Below, one piece after another: positions 18,425 through 29,576 of a stretch of 64,000 nt of DNA; the first letter of the stretch is position 1, and each line of letters begins with the position of its first letter. The stretch spans positions 114,479-178,478 of IMG/VR virus record IMGVR_UViG_3300042197_002762. The stretch is one strand, 5' to 3'. This DNA comes from a virus. The notes below the pieces were generated by a model. That model was not told the DNA's origin. It saw only the letters and a program-made list of their open reading frames with translations, and made no database searches. The translations under genes were made by a program, and so were the position numbers.

Positions 18425-18958
18425 CTAGTAGCAGCCACAACCTACTGGCTGACCACAGGTACAAATAATTTGTCCTTCATAAAAAGTGTAGACATCAGTA
18501 TATTCAATTACCGTTTCCCTATCAAAGGATTTAGACTCAGGACCCGCAGTCGTTAATATTTCTGGCGGTGGGGGGTTTGGATTTGGCCCAGAACACTGCC
18601 AATAAAAATCAACACTAGGATTAGTATTTCCTAAAAATTCTTCCCTATTAACTGTTTTCTGATCTACCTCCCGAACATTAGAAGCTTGACCAATACAACT
18701 ACGATCTGCCCCAATATAATAGTCTTCTACAAATTCATGATTATAATCTGCGAGTACTTGGTCTTTATCCCAATTAGGATCGCTAACCATATAAGGACCC
18801 CCACCTGGTGGATAAACATTACAACTAGAAGGTGGATTTGGGGGCATGGCATTTGGAGGGGCTTTACTAACCTCCCGTTCTTTATAAACCTCCACATGTG
18901 TCCAATTAATATTAATTAGACATTGTTTACACCCACCATTTTTTGAGGAAGTACTCAT
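18425..18958 (-). CDS. Cys/Pro-rich protein, paralog of 6999-7565
   Basis: Shared motifs listed for the paralog; GTGTAA lies 8 nt upstream. Confidence 0.7.
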   Translation of the reverse strand: MSTSSKNGGCKQCLININWTHVEVYKEREVSKAPPNAMPPNPPSSCNVYPPGGGPYMVSDPNWDKDQVLADYNHEFVEDYYIGADRSCIGQASNVREVDQKTVNREEFLGNTNPSVDFYWQCSGPNPNPPPPEILTTAGPESKSFDRETVIEYTDVYTFYEGQIICTCGQPVGCGCY

Positions 18959-19226
18959 ATGATGATTTACACAAAATATTTGACTATTATTAAATTTTAT
19001 TTATAATAAATGAAGCGTGTGAACAAGCGATCTGCTATGAGCAAATTCAAAAAACCAACAAAAAAAGAAATTAAACGTATGGCAGAACTTTTAGTTAAAT
19101 ATTATGAAAAGGATATTAATCGTGAACGTGAGAATGATTTGTATCTTGCCTTAAATAGTCGCTTGCATAAACAAGCGAGTATTGAAGTTGTTTTATCTAC
19201 ATTTTTTGGTTTAGACCCTTTTTAAT

Positions 19227-20387
19227 ATGAGTAAATCCTACAGAATTCCAAAATCTAAATTACCAGAATTAACTTTAACTGGTTTATTTCATTCTGAATT
19301 TATAAACCCAATTGCATTAATAGCTTCCTTATATGAAGGAGAAATGCCATCATACAAAAGATACAGAGAGAATTTTTTTAAAGAGAAACTTATTGATTAC
19401 TTAAATAAAAATGGCGGACAAATCGTTCAAGTTGGTGAAGAAGTTTTAGTTTCTAAAACTATAGACGATTTGGAGCAAGAAGAAGGAGAAGAACCATTTA
19501 TAGTCGGTGGCGAAGTTATCATTCCTAGTTTTGATTATGAAGAAGGTTCAATTTATTTTTATAAAGATAACTTCATACAAATTAGTTCTGAAAATGGAAG
19601 GGATAAAGACAAATGTAAATTAATGTTTTATTATCCAACGAGTAAAGAATGTGTTGATGAAGAATTTAGAGAGTTTATGGATATGGACAAACGTCCTAAT
19701 GTATTCATGGTAAATCAAGATTATGGTAATTTTAATTTTTCTAAATTTAATATTAATTTACCGGAAACATTTGATCTTGAATTAAACTATGGAGAAGATT
19801 TTGAAAAAGTAAGTGAAAAGATGATTAAATCACTTCATGAAAATTCGTCTGGCCTGTACATGCTTCATGGTAAACCTGGAACAGGCAAAACAACTTATAT
19901 AAGATATTTAGCATCAGTGCTTAAGAAAGATGTTATTTTCTTTCCGACTTCTTTTGTCGATGAAATTACAAACCCTTCGATCCTTTCCTTGTTGAAAAAG
20001 AAACAAGACTGCGTAATGATTCTTGAAGATGCGGAAAAAGCTCTTACTAAACGTCATCTTTCAGACCAGCCCTCTCTTGTTTCAACACTGCTTAACATGA
20101 CAGATGGTATTTTAGGTGATGTTCTTAAATTAAATGTTATTGTTACTTACAACTGTGATCGTCAAGATATTGACGAAGCACTTTTAAGAAAAGGTCGTTT
20201 GAAAGCTGAGTATTCATTCCAAGGTCTCAAAAAGCATCAAGCAGAAAAGCTTATTAAAAAACTTGACATTGACATCAAACCAGAAGATAATATGACCTTA
20301 GCTGATATTTATTACGCAAAAAGTGATGAAGAACTTATTGGTAATATCAAAAGTCTTGAAAAACCCAAAATAGGATTTATGCCATGA
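19227..20387 (+). CDS. AAA+ ATPase (BCS1-like phage family)
   Basis: GKPGTGKT, ILEDAE, LLNMTDG and ALLRKGR motifs. Confidence 0.88.
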   Translation: MSKSYRIPKSKLPELTLTGLFHSEFINPIALIASLYEGEMPSYKRYRENFFKEKLIDYLNKNGGQIVQVGEEVLVSKTIDDLEQEEGEEPFIVGGEVIIPSFDYEEGSIYFYKDNFIQISSENGRDKDKCKLMFYYPTSKECVDEEFREFMDMDKRPNVFMVNQDYGNFNFSKFNINLPETFDLELNYGEDFEKVSEKMIKSLHENSSGLYMLHGKPGTGKTTYIRYLASVLKKDVIFFPTSFVDEITNPSILSLLKKKQDCVMILEDAEKALTKRHLSDQPSLVSTLLNMTDGILGDVLKLNVIVTYNCDRQDIDEALLRKGRLKAEYSFQGLKKHQAEKLIKKLDIDIKPEDNMTLADIYYAKSDEELIGNIKSLEKPKIGFMP

Positions 20388-21405
20388 AAAATAAGCAAGT
20401 AAAAATTAAACCAAATAAAACTGCTCGCAAAGTAGAAAAAATGAAAACAGATGTTAAAGATTTCGCGGCGAGTACGAAAAAAATCAATATCGTTGATCCC
20501 GCCGAATATAAATCTACTTGGCGGACAAAATTTAATTTAAACATTTTACTTCCGTGGCTTATGTTTAAGAAAAGTATTTCTTACCGAATTCCCTATCAAA
20601 TTCGTGATGGGTGGTATAAATTTAAATGTTTTTTTAATCCGAAAAATAAAAAATACCGCGCCGCGATTCCAAATACTTGGGTTGATGTTTGCGCCCTTAT
20701 TGAAGACGTAAATTTCGCCTTCATTAAAGGTTTTTACGAAGATGAATATAAAAGTGGTTTGGTAGACTGGGAAGGTTCTGGCGAACAGAATTCAAAATTT
20801 GCTAAGTGGCTTGAAAAAGCATATCAGTATATCACAGTCGAAAGACCACAATTGCAAAAAGATTTGGATGAGGCTTATCCGCCACTGACAGGCAAACGTC
20901 TTACGGAAATCAATCGTGATTCTTATGAGAAAGAATATGCAGAAGTTCATCGTATTGAAAAATTAATTCAAGATAAAGATACAAAGGTCTTGACAGAAAC
21001 TATAAAATATAGACAATATTTCTGGACATGAGTGAAGATTCTCCAAAGTACGAAGTTCTCTATAATCATAATACTCTTTTAGAAACTCGTAAATTTGACA
21101 ATAAGTCAGAATCAATTTATACAATTACCGTAGTTCCAGAAAAATCTGGGGAACGTTGTCGCTGTATTGGTTTTTATACCAGATATAGTGACGCCCTACA
21201 TTTTATAGAAAAATTTGGCATCAATGGCCTTGATGAAGGCGGCTTGTTTAAATATTTAGTAATTGAAAAAGTTTTAGAAGGCATCTATGCCATGTCCGAA
21301 GAATTTGAAGAGTCATGGTTTGAAGCAGATTTCAAGACAATGAAATGGAAAGAAATAAAAAAGCCAGAAAAGTTTAAAGGTGTAATTAACTTTGGGCTTG
21401 GATAA
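20384..21405 (+). CDS. two hypothetical ORFs (20384-21031, 21028-21405)
   Basis: Translationally coupled (ATGA overlaps). Confidence 0.55.
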
Positions 21406-21802
21406 TATGGCTAAATACGAAAATTTTATTATTACAAAAGAGTTTTTAGACGAAAATCCAAATGCTGTATTTATCTTTGGTGATAATCTTCGTCGGGTGG
21501 GTTATGGTGGCGCAGCAGCTTTAAGAGACCATCCGCAAACGTACGGATTTATTACTAAAAAAAGTCCTGATAATATGGACGATTCTTTTTATCGACCAGA
21601 TACTTATACAACAGATTTTCTAGCCTATGCGGTAGAGTTACAGCTTTTTGTTGAAAAAAATACAGATAAAACCTTTTATATTTCTCAACTTGGCGGCGGA
21701 TTAGCCAATAGATACAAAATATGGGAAAAAGTTCTTAAACCTGGATTAATAAAATATTTTGCACATTACGATAATGTTGTATTCCTTTGGGATAAAGATT
21801 AA
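21392..21802 (+). CDS. small alpha/beta phage protein (FIFGDN..GxGGxA), possibly macrodomain-like
   Basis: Motif only; function uncertain. Confidence 0.4.
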   Translation: MGLDNMAKYENFIITKEFLDENPNAVFIFGDNLRRVGYGGAAALRDHPQTYGFITKKSPDNMDDSFYRPDTYTTDFLAYAVELQLFVEKNTDKTFYISQLGGGLANRYKIWEKVLKPGLIKYFAHYDNVVFLWDKD

Positions 21803-21815
21803 TGTAATAATATGA

Positions 21816-22472
21816 ATGCAATACAAAATATTGGCGTTCTCTGATATTCACCTTGGCGACCCTGATTGTCAGCCCAAAAAAGTAATAAACGTTTTAAGAA
21901 AAGTAAAAGCCGAAAAAATAATTATTGTAGGCGATCTTTTTGATTCCAAACACTTATCAAGATTAAAAAAGAATCATTGGCGGGTGTTATCTACCATCCG
22001 TAGTGTTAGTAAAAAATGTGAAGTAATTTACTTACTGGGCAATCATTGTTTTCTTAATATGGAATATATGACCCATCTCTTGGGAATTAAAACGGGGTTA
22101 GAACATGAAGAAACAATTAATGGCAAGAAATTTATATTTCTACACGGTGATATTTTTGATTTTTTTGTTTCAACTAAACGCTGGAGAACTGATTTAACAA
22201 CTAATTTTTATTACTGGTTAAGAACAAACTTTCCTGATTTTGCCCGTTGGGTTCGCCATGCTTGCCACAAATTGGTATGTAAAGCAACTTATTATAAAGA
22301 TAATGCAAAAAAGTATTGTACATTGAATAAAAAAGATTATATAATCTGTGGACATTCACATTTTCCAGCTATAGAAGGGTGCTACGTAAATACGGGCTCT
22401 TTCTGTGAAAGAAAACTGTGTTCTTACATAACAATTGACCAAAACGCAGAAATACGGCTTAACTACATTTAA
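21816..22472 (+). CDS. metallophosphoesterase (LpxH-like)
   Basis: SDIHLG, GDLFD, GNH, HGD and GHSH motifs. Confidence 0.85.
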   Translation: MQYKILAFSDIHLGDPDCQPKKVINVLRKVKAEKIIIVGDLFDSKHLSRLKKNHWRVLSTIRSVSKKCEVIYLLGNHCFLNMEYMTHLLGIKTGLEHEETINGKKFIFLHGDIFDFFVSTKRWRTDLTTNFYYWLRTNFPDFARWVRHACHKLVCKATYYKDNAKKYCTLNKKDYIICGHSHFPAIEGCYVNTGSFCERKLCSYITIDQNAEIRLNYI

Positions 22473-22474
22473 TT

Positions 22475-23263
22475 ATGAAAACTCTTATAATTCCAGACAT
22501 TCATCAAGATATAGCTGGGCTCAAAAAGATTTTTAAACTTGAGAAGTTAGACTCATTTGATGAAATCATTTTTTTAGGGGATTGGTTTGACTCTTTTTAT
22601 GAACCGCCCAAAGTCGCAAGTTTTAAAGATACTTGCCTCTTTTTGCGCGACCTTGTTTGGGAAAATGAAAAAACTGGTAAAATGGTTTTTCTTGTCGGAA
22701 ACCATGATCTTGCCTATATTTACAATAATAGAAAAGGCGGATATACGAGCGTTGCGCCAAGTATAACCTACTGGTGTTCAGGGGTTACTAAAAGTAAAAT
22801 TGGTACTTTTCGTCAAGTTTTTTTTGATAAAGGTCTTAAAGACGAATGGTTTGTAAAAAATTTTAAAATCGCACATCGTTCTCAAGGGTGGATTTTTTCT
22901 CATGCTGGAATGGTTAATCGTCAGATTCCATATGGTCATACTGTAAATCAAGTAATTGATGAGATTATACCAGATGTTTGGCTTAATTTTAGAAATGTTG
23001 CTTATCGTCAAAACGCATTAATTTCTGCTGTTGGTATTGTCCGTGGTGGTCAAGATAATACTGGTGGGCTTCTTTGGCTTGATTATCACAATGAATTTTA
23101 TGCATCGCCAGACATTGGTAAACAAGTTTTTGGGCATAGCTATGTTCCAGAACCAACAGCAACAGCTTTAAATACTGATTATGAAAGTTGGAATATGGAT
23201 ACTAATCTTAAAGATTATGCTATCATTCGTGATGGCCGTTTAACAACTCGTCGAATTGTATGA
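22475..23263 (+). CDS. calcineurin-like metallophosphoesterase
   Basis: PDIH, GDWFD, GNHD, SHAG and FGHS motifs. Confidence 0.85.
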   Translation: MKTLIIPDIHQDIAGLKKIFKLEKLDSFDEIIFLGDWFDSFYEPPKVASFKDTCLFLRDLVWENEKTGKMVFLVGNHDLAYIYNNRKGGYTSVAPSITYWCSGVTKSKIGTFRQVFFDKGLKDEWFVKNFKIAHRSQGWIFSHAGMVNRQIPYGHTVNQVIDEIIPDVWLNFRNVAYRQNALISAVGIVRGGQDNTGGLLWLDYHNEFYASPDIGKQVFGHSYVPEPTATALNTDYESWNMDTNLKDYAIIRDGRLTTRRIV

Positions 23264-23844
23264 ATAAAAATATACAAAAATTAATATCAGACATTATGAC
23301 ACAATGTGTTAAGAATGGAATTAATTTTCGTCTTGAACATACTGACCAAGTTGACCAAGAGAATATCCCTTGTAGTGGATATTTTGACGAACAAACATTG
23401 GCCGTTGCCACGAAAAAAGAAAAAATGCAAGATTGGTTAGATATTCTTGTTCACGAATCTTGCCACCTTGATCAGTTTCTTGCAGGGCCGAAAGTTTGGA
23501 TGCCAGATGAAGAAACTTTGTTCATAGTTGAAGGATGGATTCATGGTAAGAATATTTCTAAACCTAAACTAGAGAAAGGTTTTAAAAATACAATTGCTCT
23601 TGAATTAGATTGTGAAAAAAGAACTGTAACTAAAATGCAAAAGTATGGAATTCGTTTTAACAAAAAACAATACATACAAAAAGCAAATTCATATCTTTTC
23701 TCTTATACTTATGCTTTTGTTAATAAAGCGTGGTATCCGAAACCATACGAAAAGCCCAAAATTTACAATCATATGCCAACAAAGTTCTTGACTGTAGATG
23801 AATATTTTGATATAAATAGTAAATACTTTCAATACTATCTATGA
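23260..23844 (+). CDS. putative Zn metallopeptidase-like protein
   Basis: LVHESCH (HExxH) motif and LELDCE. Confidence 0.6.
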   Translation: MNKNIQKLISDIMTQCVKNGINFRLEHTDQVDQENIPCSGYFDEQTLAVATKKEKMQDWLDILVHESCHLDQFLAGPKVWMPDEETLFIVEGWIHGKNISKPKLEKGFKNTIALELDCEKRTVTKMQKYGIRFNKKQYIQKANSYLFSYTYAFVNKAWYPKPYEKPKIYNHMPTKFLTVDEYFDINSKYFQYYL

Positions 23845-24718
23845 AAAAAATAATCAAACCAAAACAAGAAGAAAAAGCAGAATATTTTTCTGATTTTAGC
23901 GGAAAACCTTTTGGTGATGAAGTTGCTTTTTTTGTTCCAGAAGTTGAAATCAAATTTGAATTTAATTATGGTTCAGAATTTGATGGCTCAAAAATCGAAT
24001 TCCATTTGACCGATCAAGAAGCAAAACATGTTCTAGATTTTATTCGTATGAACTTGTCAGAAGGTAAGATTACTGAACTTAAAACTCGGCTTGAATCTGC
24101 TAACGAAGATTACGATGATAACATGGACGCACGTGATTGGCAATCATGTGATTATATTGGCAATTCTATAAATCTTTATAAATATCTTTTGCCTAATGAC
24201 GATAATTAATCTTAAACATCGAAATATTTTTGGTTATAATGTTCTCGTATGGTGGAATACAAATTCTGAATTTAAACTACTAAAAATAGATAACCGCATG
24301 TATAAAAAATATAGCCTTTATATATGGAAGTTTATTTTCGAAATCGGAAAACTCAAATATGGAACAAACAATAAATCTGTATCAACAATTAGTAAATAAT
24401 TTAACAAATGCAATCGACCAAAATTTCCGTAACCAACTCGCTAAAGAAACGCAAATCGAATCGCTCGACCCAAAATGGAAAGCCGCGCGCCAAAATATCG
24501 AAAGATACTTACAGCAAATTGCCAATCAAAACGTGGGACTTGAACCTGTTCTTTTATCAGATGGGTTTTTTATTTACGAGGATATCGCGGCTCTTTTGGT
24601 AGATTTATTGTGGCAACAGCTTAATAATAAGCTAGATATAAAAGAAACTCTGTATTATTATCGTTATTATAAAATTCAGATTTATAATAAATATTTATTG
24701 ACAGATAAAACAAATTAA
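23841..24718 (+). CDS. three hypothetical ORFs (23841-24209, 24196-24399, 24359-24718)
   Basis: Overlapping co-oriented ORFs. Confidence 0.5.
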
Positions 24719-24731
24719 AAGATAATAAGGT

Positions 24732-25022
24732 ATGGAAAAAACTAAAAAAGTCCTAGAAAAAAAAGAACTCTACATCCAGTTCTCTGATGAAGAAATGGAA
24801 GAACTTGGATGGGAAGAAGGTCAAAAACTTTCTTTCAAGTTCGATGAAGAAACAAAAGCTATTACTCTTGAGCCGTTTGTGAAAATGGATATTGATATTA
24901 GCGAATGGCCTCGTGAAATTCTCCAATTCTTGATTGGAGAATCTTGCGATAGAGATATCTCTGTAAATGCAGTTATTAACGAAACCCTTTTAAAATTTAT
25001 TGAAAAAAATGAATATAAATAA
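24732..25022 (+). CDS. AbrB/MazE-like DNA-binding protein
   Basis: LYIQFSDEEMEELGWEEGQKLSF pattern; promoter TTGACA-N17-GATAAT at 24698-24726. Confidence 0.6.
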   Translation: MEKTKKVLEKKELYIQFSDEEMEELGWEEGQKLSFKFDEETKAITLEPFVKMDIDISEWPREILQFLIGESCDRDISVNAVINETLLKFIEKNEYK

Positions 25023-26202
25023 AAACAAAAAAGTAGAAGCACATATTTATAAAGTTGTGCATACTTTAGATATTCCAATTGATAGCGTTTACCCGACAGT
25101 CAGTATGGAAATTGATGAACAAGCTACTCTTGCAGATCATCTTTATGCTTTTGAACGTTTTCTTCAAAGCATCGGGTATCATTTGCCAGCAAATAGTCAC
25201 CTTGATTTCGTGGAAGATGATATAGAAAGCGATAGAGACGATGAAGTCACTATCGGTGAACCCTCTAACCATAAAAATAATGGAGTAAATTAATGAAACA
25301 AGATCGCGTCACAATGTTTGCAATCCTTTCAATCCTAATTATCCAATTAGGAGTATTGATTTCTAATGAGTTCCGTTTTTCTAGGATTGAAGAAAAAATC
25401 GACCAATATTTTTTGCCAATTGTTGAGTTACCAGAATGGGAGGAAAATCCATAATGGGTATGTTCGATTCAATTCAATGTAACTATCCACTTCCACTTCC
25501 GTTGGAAGTTATAGACGTTATGCCAGATCCATATGACCTGGAATTTCAAACCAAAGACTTAGAAAATCTATTGGATAATTATTATTTAAATGAGGATGGA
25601 ATATTGTCTTGGCACAAAAAGAAATATGAATGGAAAGATGACGATAGTGCCTTTTTAAAGGGATATATGGATGTTGTCGAAGAAGAAATCGTCCCAACAG
25701 ATTTTCACGGTGTTCTTAATTTTTACTGTTACGAAACAGTAGAAGAAGATATAGAAAATAATAAAGCAAAAGATATTACAATAGATTATCTTGCCAAATT
25801 TACAAATGGTAAACTTGAAAATATAGAGATTCTTTCCTATGATATTATTGATGCTACCGTGCGTATTATTGATTTAAAAAATACCATGAAAAAACACGAA
25901 GAGCGCCGCAAGCGTTGGTATAATAAATATATTTTCTATACTAAAGGTTGGAGATTTATTAAAAATAAAATAATTTTAAACCCTATTGATTTATTGAGAA
26001 AATTTTTAGATAAATTATATTGGTTAATAGTAAGATATTTGTAATGAAATTAGATTTCACGCAAATAAATGGAAAACAAATTCAAGTAACCGATATGGAA
26101 TATCTTTATACTTATACAAATAAAGACGGTGAAAAAATTGCTGTTTTTGAATATCAAGGAGAACAAATAGAGAAGAAAGTAGCCGAAGATGTCGCCTCTT
26201 GA
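25000..26202 (+). CDS. cluster of hypothetical ORFs (25000-25293, 25293-25454 TM, 25454-26044, 26020-26202)
   Basis: Coupled starts and stops; the 53-aa TM ORF 25293-25454 was read manually. Confidence 0.5.
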
Positions 26203-27082
26203 TAAATTAAAATCACATCCATACGTTTCAGAAAATGTTTCATTAAGTATTTATAATGAGCCATTTAAATATATTGTTATAGATAATTTATTTAAACCTG
26301 AAATATATAATCAACTTTCTCAAAAATTTCCAGAGTATATTGCTAGAAAATCTCACGTGCATGGTCAAGTTGGTGATAATGCAAATAATATTTATAATGC
26401 CATTATCTATGGATTTAAATCAAATGATTATGTAAATGGTTTTGAATTTTTTATAGATACTTTTTGGAAAAATTATATTTCAGAAATTTTTGAAATTGAA
26501 TTTAACCAACATGTTACATCTTCAGTACATTTTCATAAAGGCTCTCCTGAACAACCATCAAAAAGCGGATGGGCTCATAAAGATTTGAGTATATGTTCTG
26601 CGATTGAAGACCCATCAAAAGAAATAAAAAATATTGATGATTGTCAATATGCGGATGATAGTAATGGACAACCGTTTACAAAAAAAATAATTCGTAGTGT
26701 AGCAAATCTATATTATTTAAATAATAAAGAAGATGTAACAATTGATGACGGTGGAGGGACAGCAGTTTGCAATAATTATAATATGAATGATATTGCAGAA
26801 ACTATATTACCTATAAATAATAGACTTTTCTCGTTTGAAATTAGTCCTATTTCTTATCATGGTTTTATTGGAGCTAAATTTGATCGCAGTGCAATGGTTC
26901 AATGGTTTCATAGTGATCCGATTTATATTGTGAAAAAACATCTAGACAAATTTAAAAAACAGTGGAAAGAGTCTAGAATGATTTTTGAGAAATGGAAAAA
27001 AGAAGATTTATGGCAAATTGAGCAGCATCCAGAATATTGGGATAATTTTGATAAGCCATTTGTAGAAATATTAAATAATTAA
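26189..27082 (+). CDS. 2OG-Fe(II) oxygenase superfamily protein
   Basis: YIVIDN, HxD (HKD), LYYLN, GGGT and distal H (SYHGF) motifs. Confidence 0.75.
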   Translation: MSPLDKLKSHPYVSENVSLSIYNEPFKYIVIDNLFKPEIYNQLSQKFPEYIARKSHVHGQVGDNANNIYNAIIYGFKSNDYVNGFEFFIDTFWKNYISEIFEIEFNQHVTSSVHFHKGSPEQPSKSGWAHKDLSICSAIEDPSKEIKNIDDCQYADDSNGQPFTKKIIRSVANLYYLNNKEDVTIDDGGGTAVCNNYNMNDIAETILPINNRLFSFEISPISYHGFIGAKFDRSAMVQWFHSDPIYIVKKHLDKFKKQWKESRMIFEKWKKEDLWQIEQHPEYWDNFDKPFVEILNN

Positions 27083-27084
27083 TT

Positions 27085-27588
27085 GTGTTTTTTTATTTAC
27101 AAATTGTTGTTTCAATTTTTTTGTTATTTTTATTATTTTTTGTAAGAGGGTCTTTAGAAAATCCTATTTATAGTATATTAAAATTTAGACACAGTAAATT
27201 TGATAAAATAATTTCAAGATTAAGATTTTATATACCGTGGTTATTATTTAATGAAATGAATAATAATTACATGGATATTAAAATAATTTCGAGTTCAAAT
27301 AAAAGTTCTCATGTATGGTATTTAAGAAAAGATAAATGCATAGGAAACTATTATTTTAATAATGATTTAAGTTCATTGACTTTAACATTTTATTATAAAG
27401 AAATGTTTAGTTCTTTTTTAAATAAATTTTGCTTGAATAAAGTTCAAGAATTTTATTTTAATAAAAATGAGGTTTGTAAATCTTTAATAATAGAAAAACA
27501 TTGGTTTGATTCTTTTGATGAAAAAAGTATTAATTATAGACTTAATCCAATAAATATTGGACAACTTTTTAATTGGAAAAATGATTAG
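27085..27588 (+). CDS. membrane-anchored hypothetical protein
   Basis: N-terminal TM helix; overlaps the HTTM gene. Confidence 0.45.
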   Translation: MFFYLQIVVSIFLLFLLFFVRGSLENPIYSILKFRHSKFDKIISRLRFYIPWLLFNEMNNNYMDIKIISSSNKSSHVWYLRKDKCIGNYYFNNDLSSLTLTFYYKEMFSSFLNKFCLNKVQEFYFNKNEVCKSLIIEKHWFDSFDEKSINYRLNPINIGQLFNWKND

Positions 27589-28441
27589 CTTTATAGATAT
27601 ATATAATTTTTTATTTAATTATCAGGTTTATTCTGAATTTACAGTCTTTTTAAGAATTATCTCTGTAGGATATTTATTATTTTGCCTGTCATGGATTTAT
27701 AGGGATGCTTGGTATTTTTCATCTCCGATCGGGCCTTTTGGGGATGCAGATTATAAAAATTTTTCTAGAAATATTTTTCCACAATTTTCATTATTTGACT
27801 ATTTTAATAATCAATTCTTTGCACAAAAATTTATTTTTATTAATTTCTATATTTTTGGACTTTTTTCTTTATTGGGTTTATTTACAAATGTATCGTTATT
27901 TATATTTTTAATTATGATGATATCTATACAGAGTAGAATTCTACCTATTATATATAGTGGTGGAGATTCTATCGCTAGAATATTAATTACTTGTATGATT
28001 ATAACAGATTGCGGATCTCAATACTCTATTGATAATTTTTTAGGATTTGCATCTAATCAAAATATTATAAATGGAACAGGTATTAGAACTTTACAAATTA
28101 GTATCTGCATGATATATTTTTGGTCTTCAGTCTATAAATTAAGAGATAAATATTGGCTAAATGGAGATGTTATTAAAAATGCAATTGCTTCTCCAATTTG
28201 GGGTAAAAGATGGCTTATAAAATTTTGGTCTATTAACTTTGTATCAAAAATTACTACATGGTCAGTATTAATATTTGAGTATTTTGCACCAGCTTTATTT
28301 TTCATTAAAGAAACAAGAAATTTTGCTATTGCATATGCGATATGTATGCATATTTGTATTACTATATTTATGAGAATTGGATATTTTGGACCTATAATGA
28401 TAATATCTATATTAAGTTTTTGTAACGATTTTTTTGAATGA
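27557..28441 (+). CDS. HTTM-domain polytopic membrane protein
   Basis: LGLFT, GGD, LQISICMIYFWSSVYKL..WLNG, FEY and MHI..FMRIGYF motifs. Confidence 0.75.
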   Translation: MDNFLIGKMISFIDIYNFLFNYQVYSEFTVFLRIISVGYLLFCLSWIYRDAWYFSSPIGPFGDADYKNFSRNIFPQFSLFDYFNNQFFAQKFIFINFYIFGLFSLLGLFTNVSLFIFLIMMISIQSRILPIIYSGGDSIARILITCMIITDCGSQYSIDNFLGFASNQNIINGTGIRTLQISICMIYFWSSVYKLRDKYWLNGDVIKNAIASPIWGKRWLIKFWSINFVSKITTWSVLIFEYFAPALFFIKETRNFAIAYAICMHICITIFMRIGYFGPIMIISILSFCNDFFE

Positions 28442-29058
28442 ATATTTTAATATTAGGTGGCACACAAATGATTGGTAAGGATTTTACTAATCTTTTAATT
28501 ACTAATAATAAAAATTATAAAATAATTATAGCGAATCGTGGGCTAACAAGGCCAGATTTATTTCCTAATATACCTCATGTTAAAATAGATAGAAACATAG
28601 AGTCAACATGCCAAGTGTTATCCAATTATAATTTTGATATTGTGGTTGATTTTTCATGTTATACCGTAGATCAATTCAGTAATACATATAAATATTTAAA
28701 ATATAATAAGTATATTTATATATCTACAATGTCCGTACATGAAAAGCATATTATAAATAATCTTGATTTAAATAATAATTATCATAGATATTGTATAGGT
28801 AAATATCTAATTGAAGAATTTATATTTAACAATAAAATAAGAAATTGCTTAATTATAAGGCCTTGTGCGATTTATGGCGAGGATGATTATACAAATAGGT
28901 TTTATAAGAAAGATGGTGAGTATTATTGGAAATCGAATAACTCTAAAGTTGGAACTGGAACAATGTTTGTAAAAGATTTCTCTAAATTACTTAGCTATCA
29001 TATACATAGCTACCCAGAAATTGGTGCTATAGATGTTTGTGAAAAATGGTGGACGTGA
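28438..29058 (+). CDS. NAD-dependent epimerase/dehydratase (atypical SDR)
   Basis: ILILGGTQMIG, YIYIST, YxxxK and IIRP..IYG motifs. Confidence 0.8.
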   Translation: MNILILGGTQMIGKDFTNLLITNNKNYKIIIANRGLTRPDLFPNIPHVKIDRNIESTCQVLSNYNFDIVVDFSCYTVDQFSNTYKYLKYNKYIYISTMSVHEKHIINNLDLNNNYHRYCIGKYLIEEFIFNNKIRNCLIIRPCAIYGEDDYTNRFYKKDGEYYWKSNNSKVGTGTMFVKDFSKLLSYHIHSYPEIGAIDVCEKWWT

Positions 29059-29481
29059 GGAGAGTTGAACTCCTGTCCATTTAATTTACATTAAAAAGTC
29101 TACATGTTTAAGTGTTTTTGGTATTTGGTTGGCTAAAGGTTACCTTGGTACACTAACCTATCTTTTAAAGCCTACCTATGCAGAGAACATTCTGCATAAT
29201 GTTCAACAATTATTTTTACAATTAAGTTGACTTCATAAACCTATTGCAGTTCCAACGCTTTTAATAGGATCCAGACATTGGTTCTTAGGCAGCCATCAAG
29301 TATTCTTCTTCAACACCGCCGAGAAACTCGTCGGAGTTATTGAAGATGTACTCAGCTTCTGCCAAGATCGAGTCAGTATTATCTTCTGCTCTTAATTTTT
29401 TAATCGATTTTTTACGAGGCCATCGATTAACCTCGACATGCGTTTTTAATTTCAACCAAATGTCGAAACCAGTACACGCCC
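29047..29481 (-). ncRNA. ssrA: tmRNA
   Basis: 5' GGGCGTGTACTGGTTTCGAC, 3' GGAGTTCAACTCTCC-T-CACGTCCACCA with G3:U; internal tag frame ending LMAA*. Confidence 0.95.
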
Positions 29482-29576
29482 AAAATTTCAAAGATCTACC
29501 TATTTAGATAGTAATATTTATTACACAATTTGTCAATATTTTTATATTTATATTTTATATTACTTATAATTAAAGA

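Noticed and set aside
29285-29491. 68-aa minus-strand CDS
   Set aside because: This is the tmRNA tag reading frame, not an independent gene.
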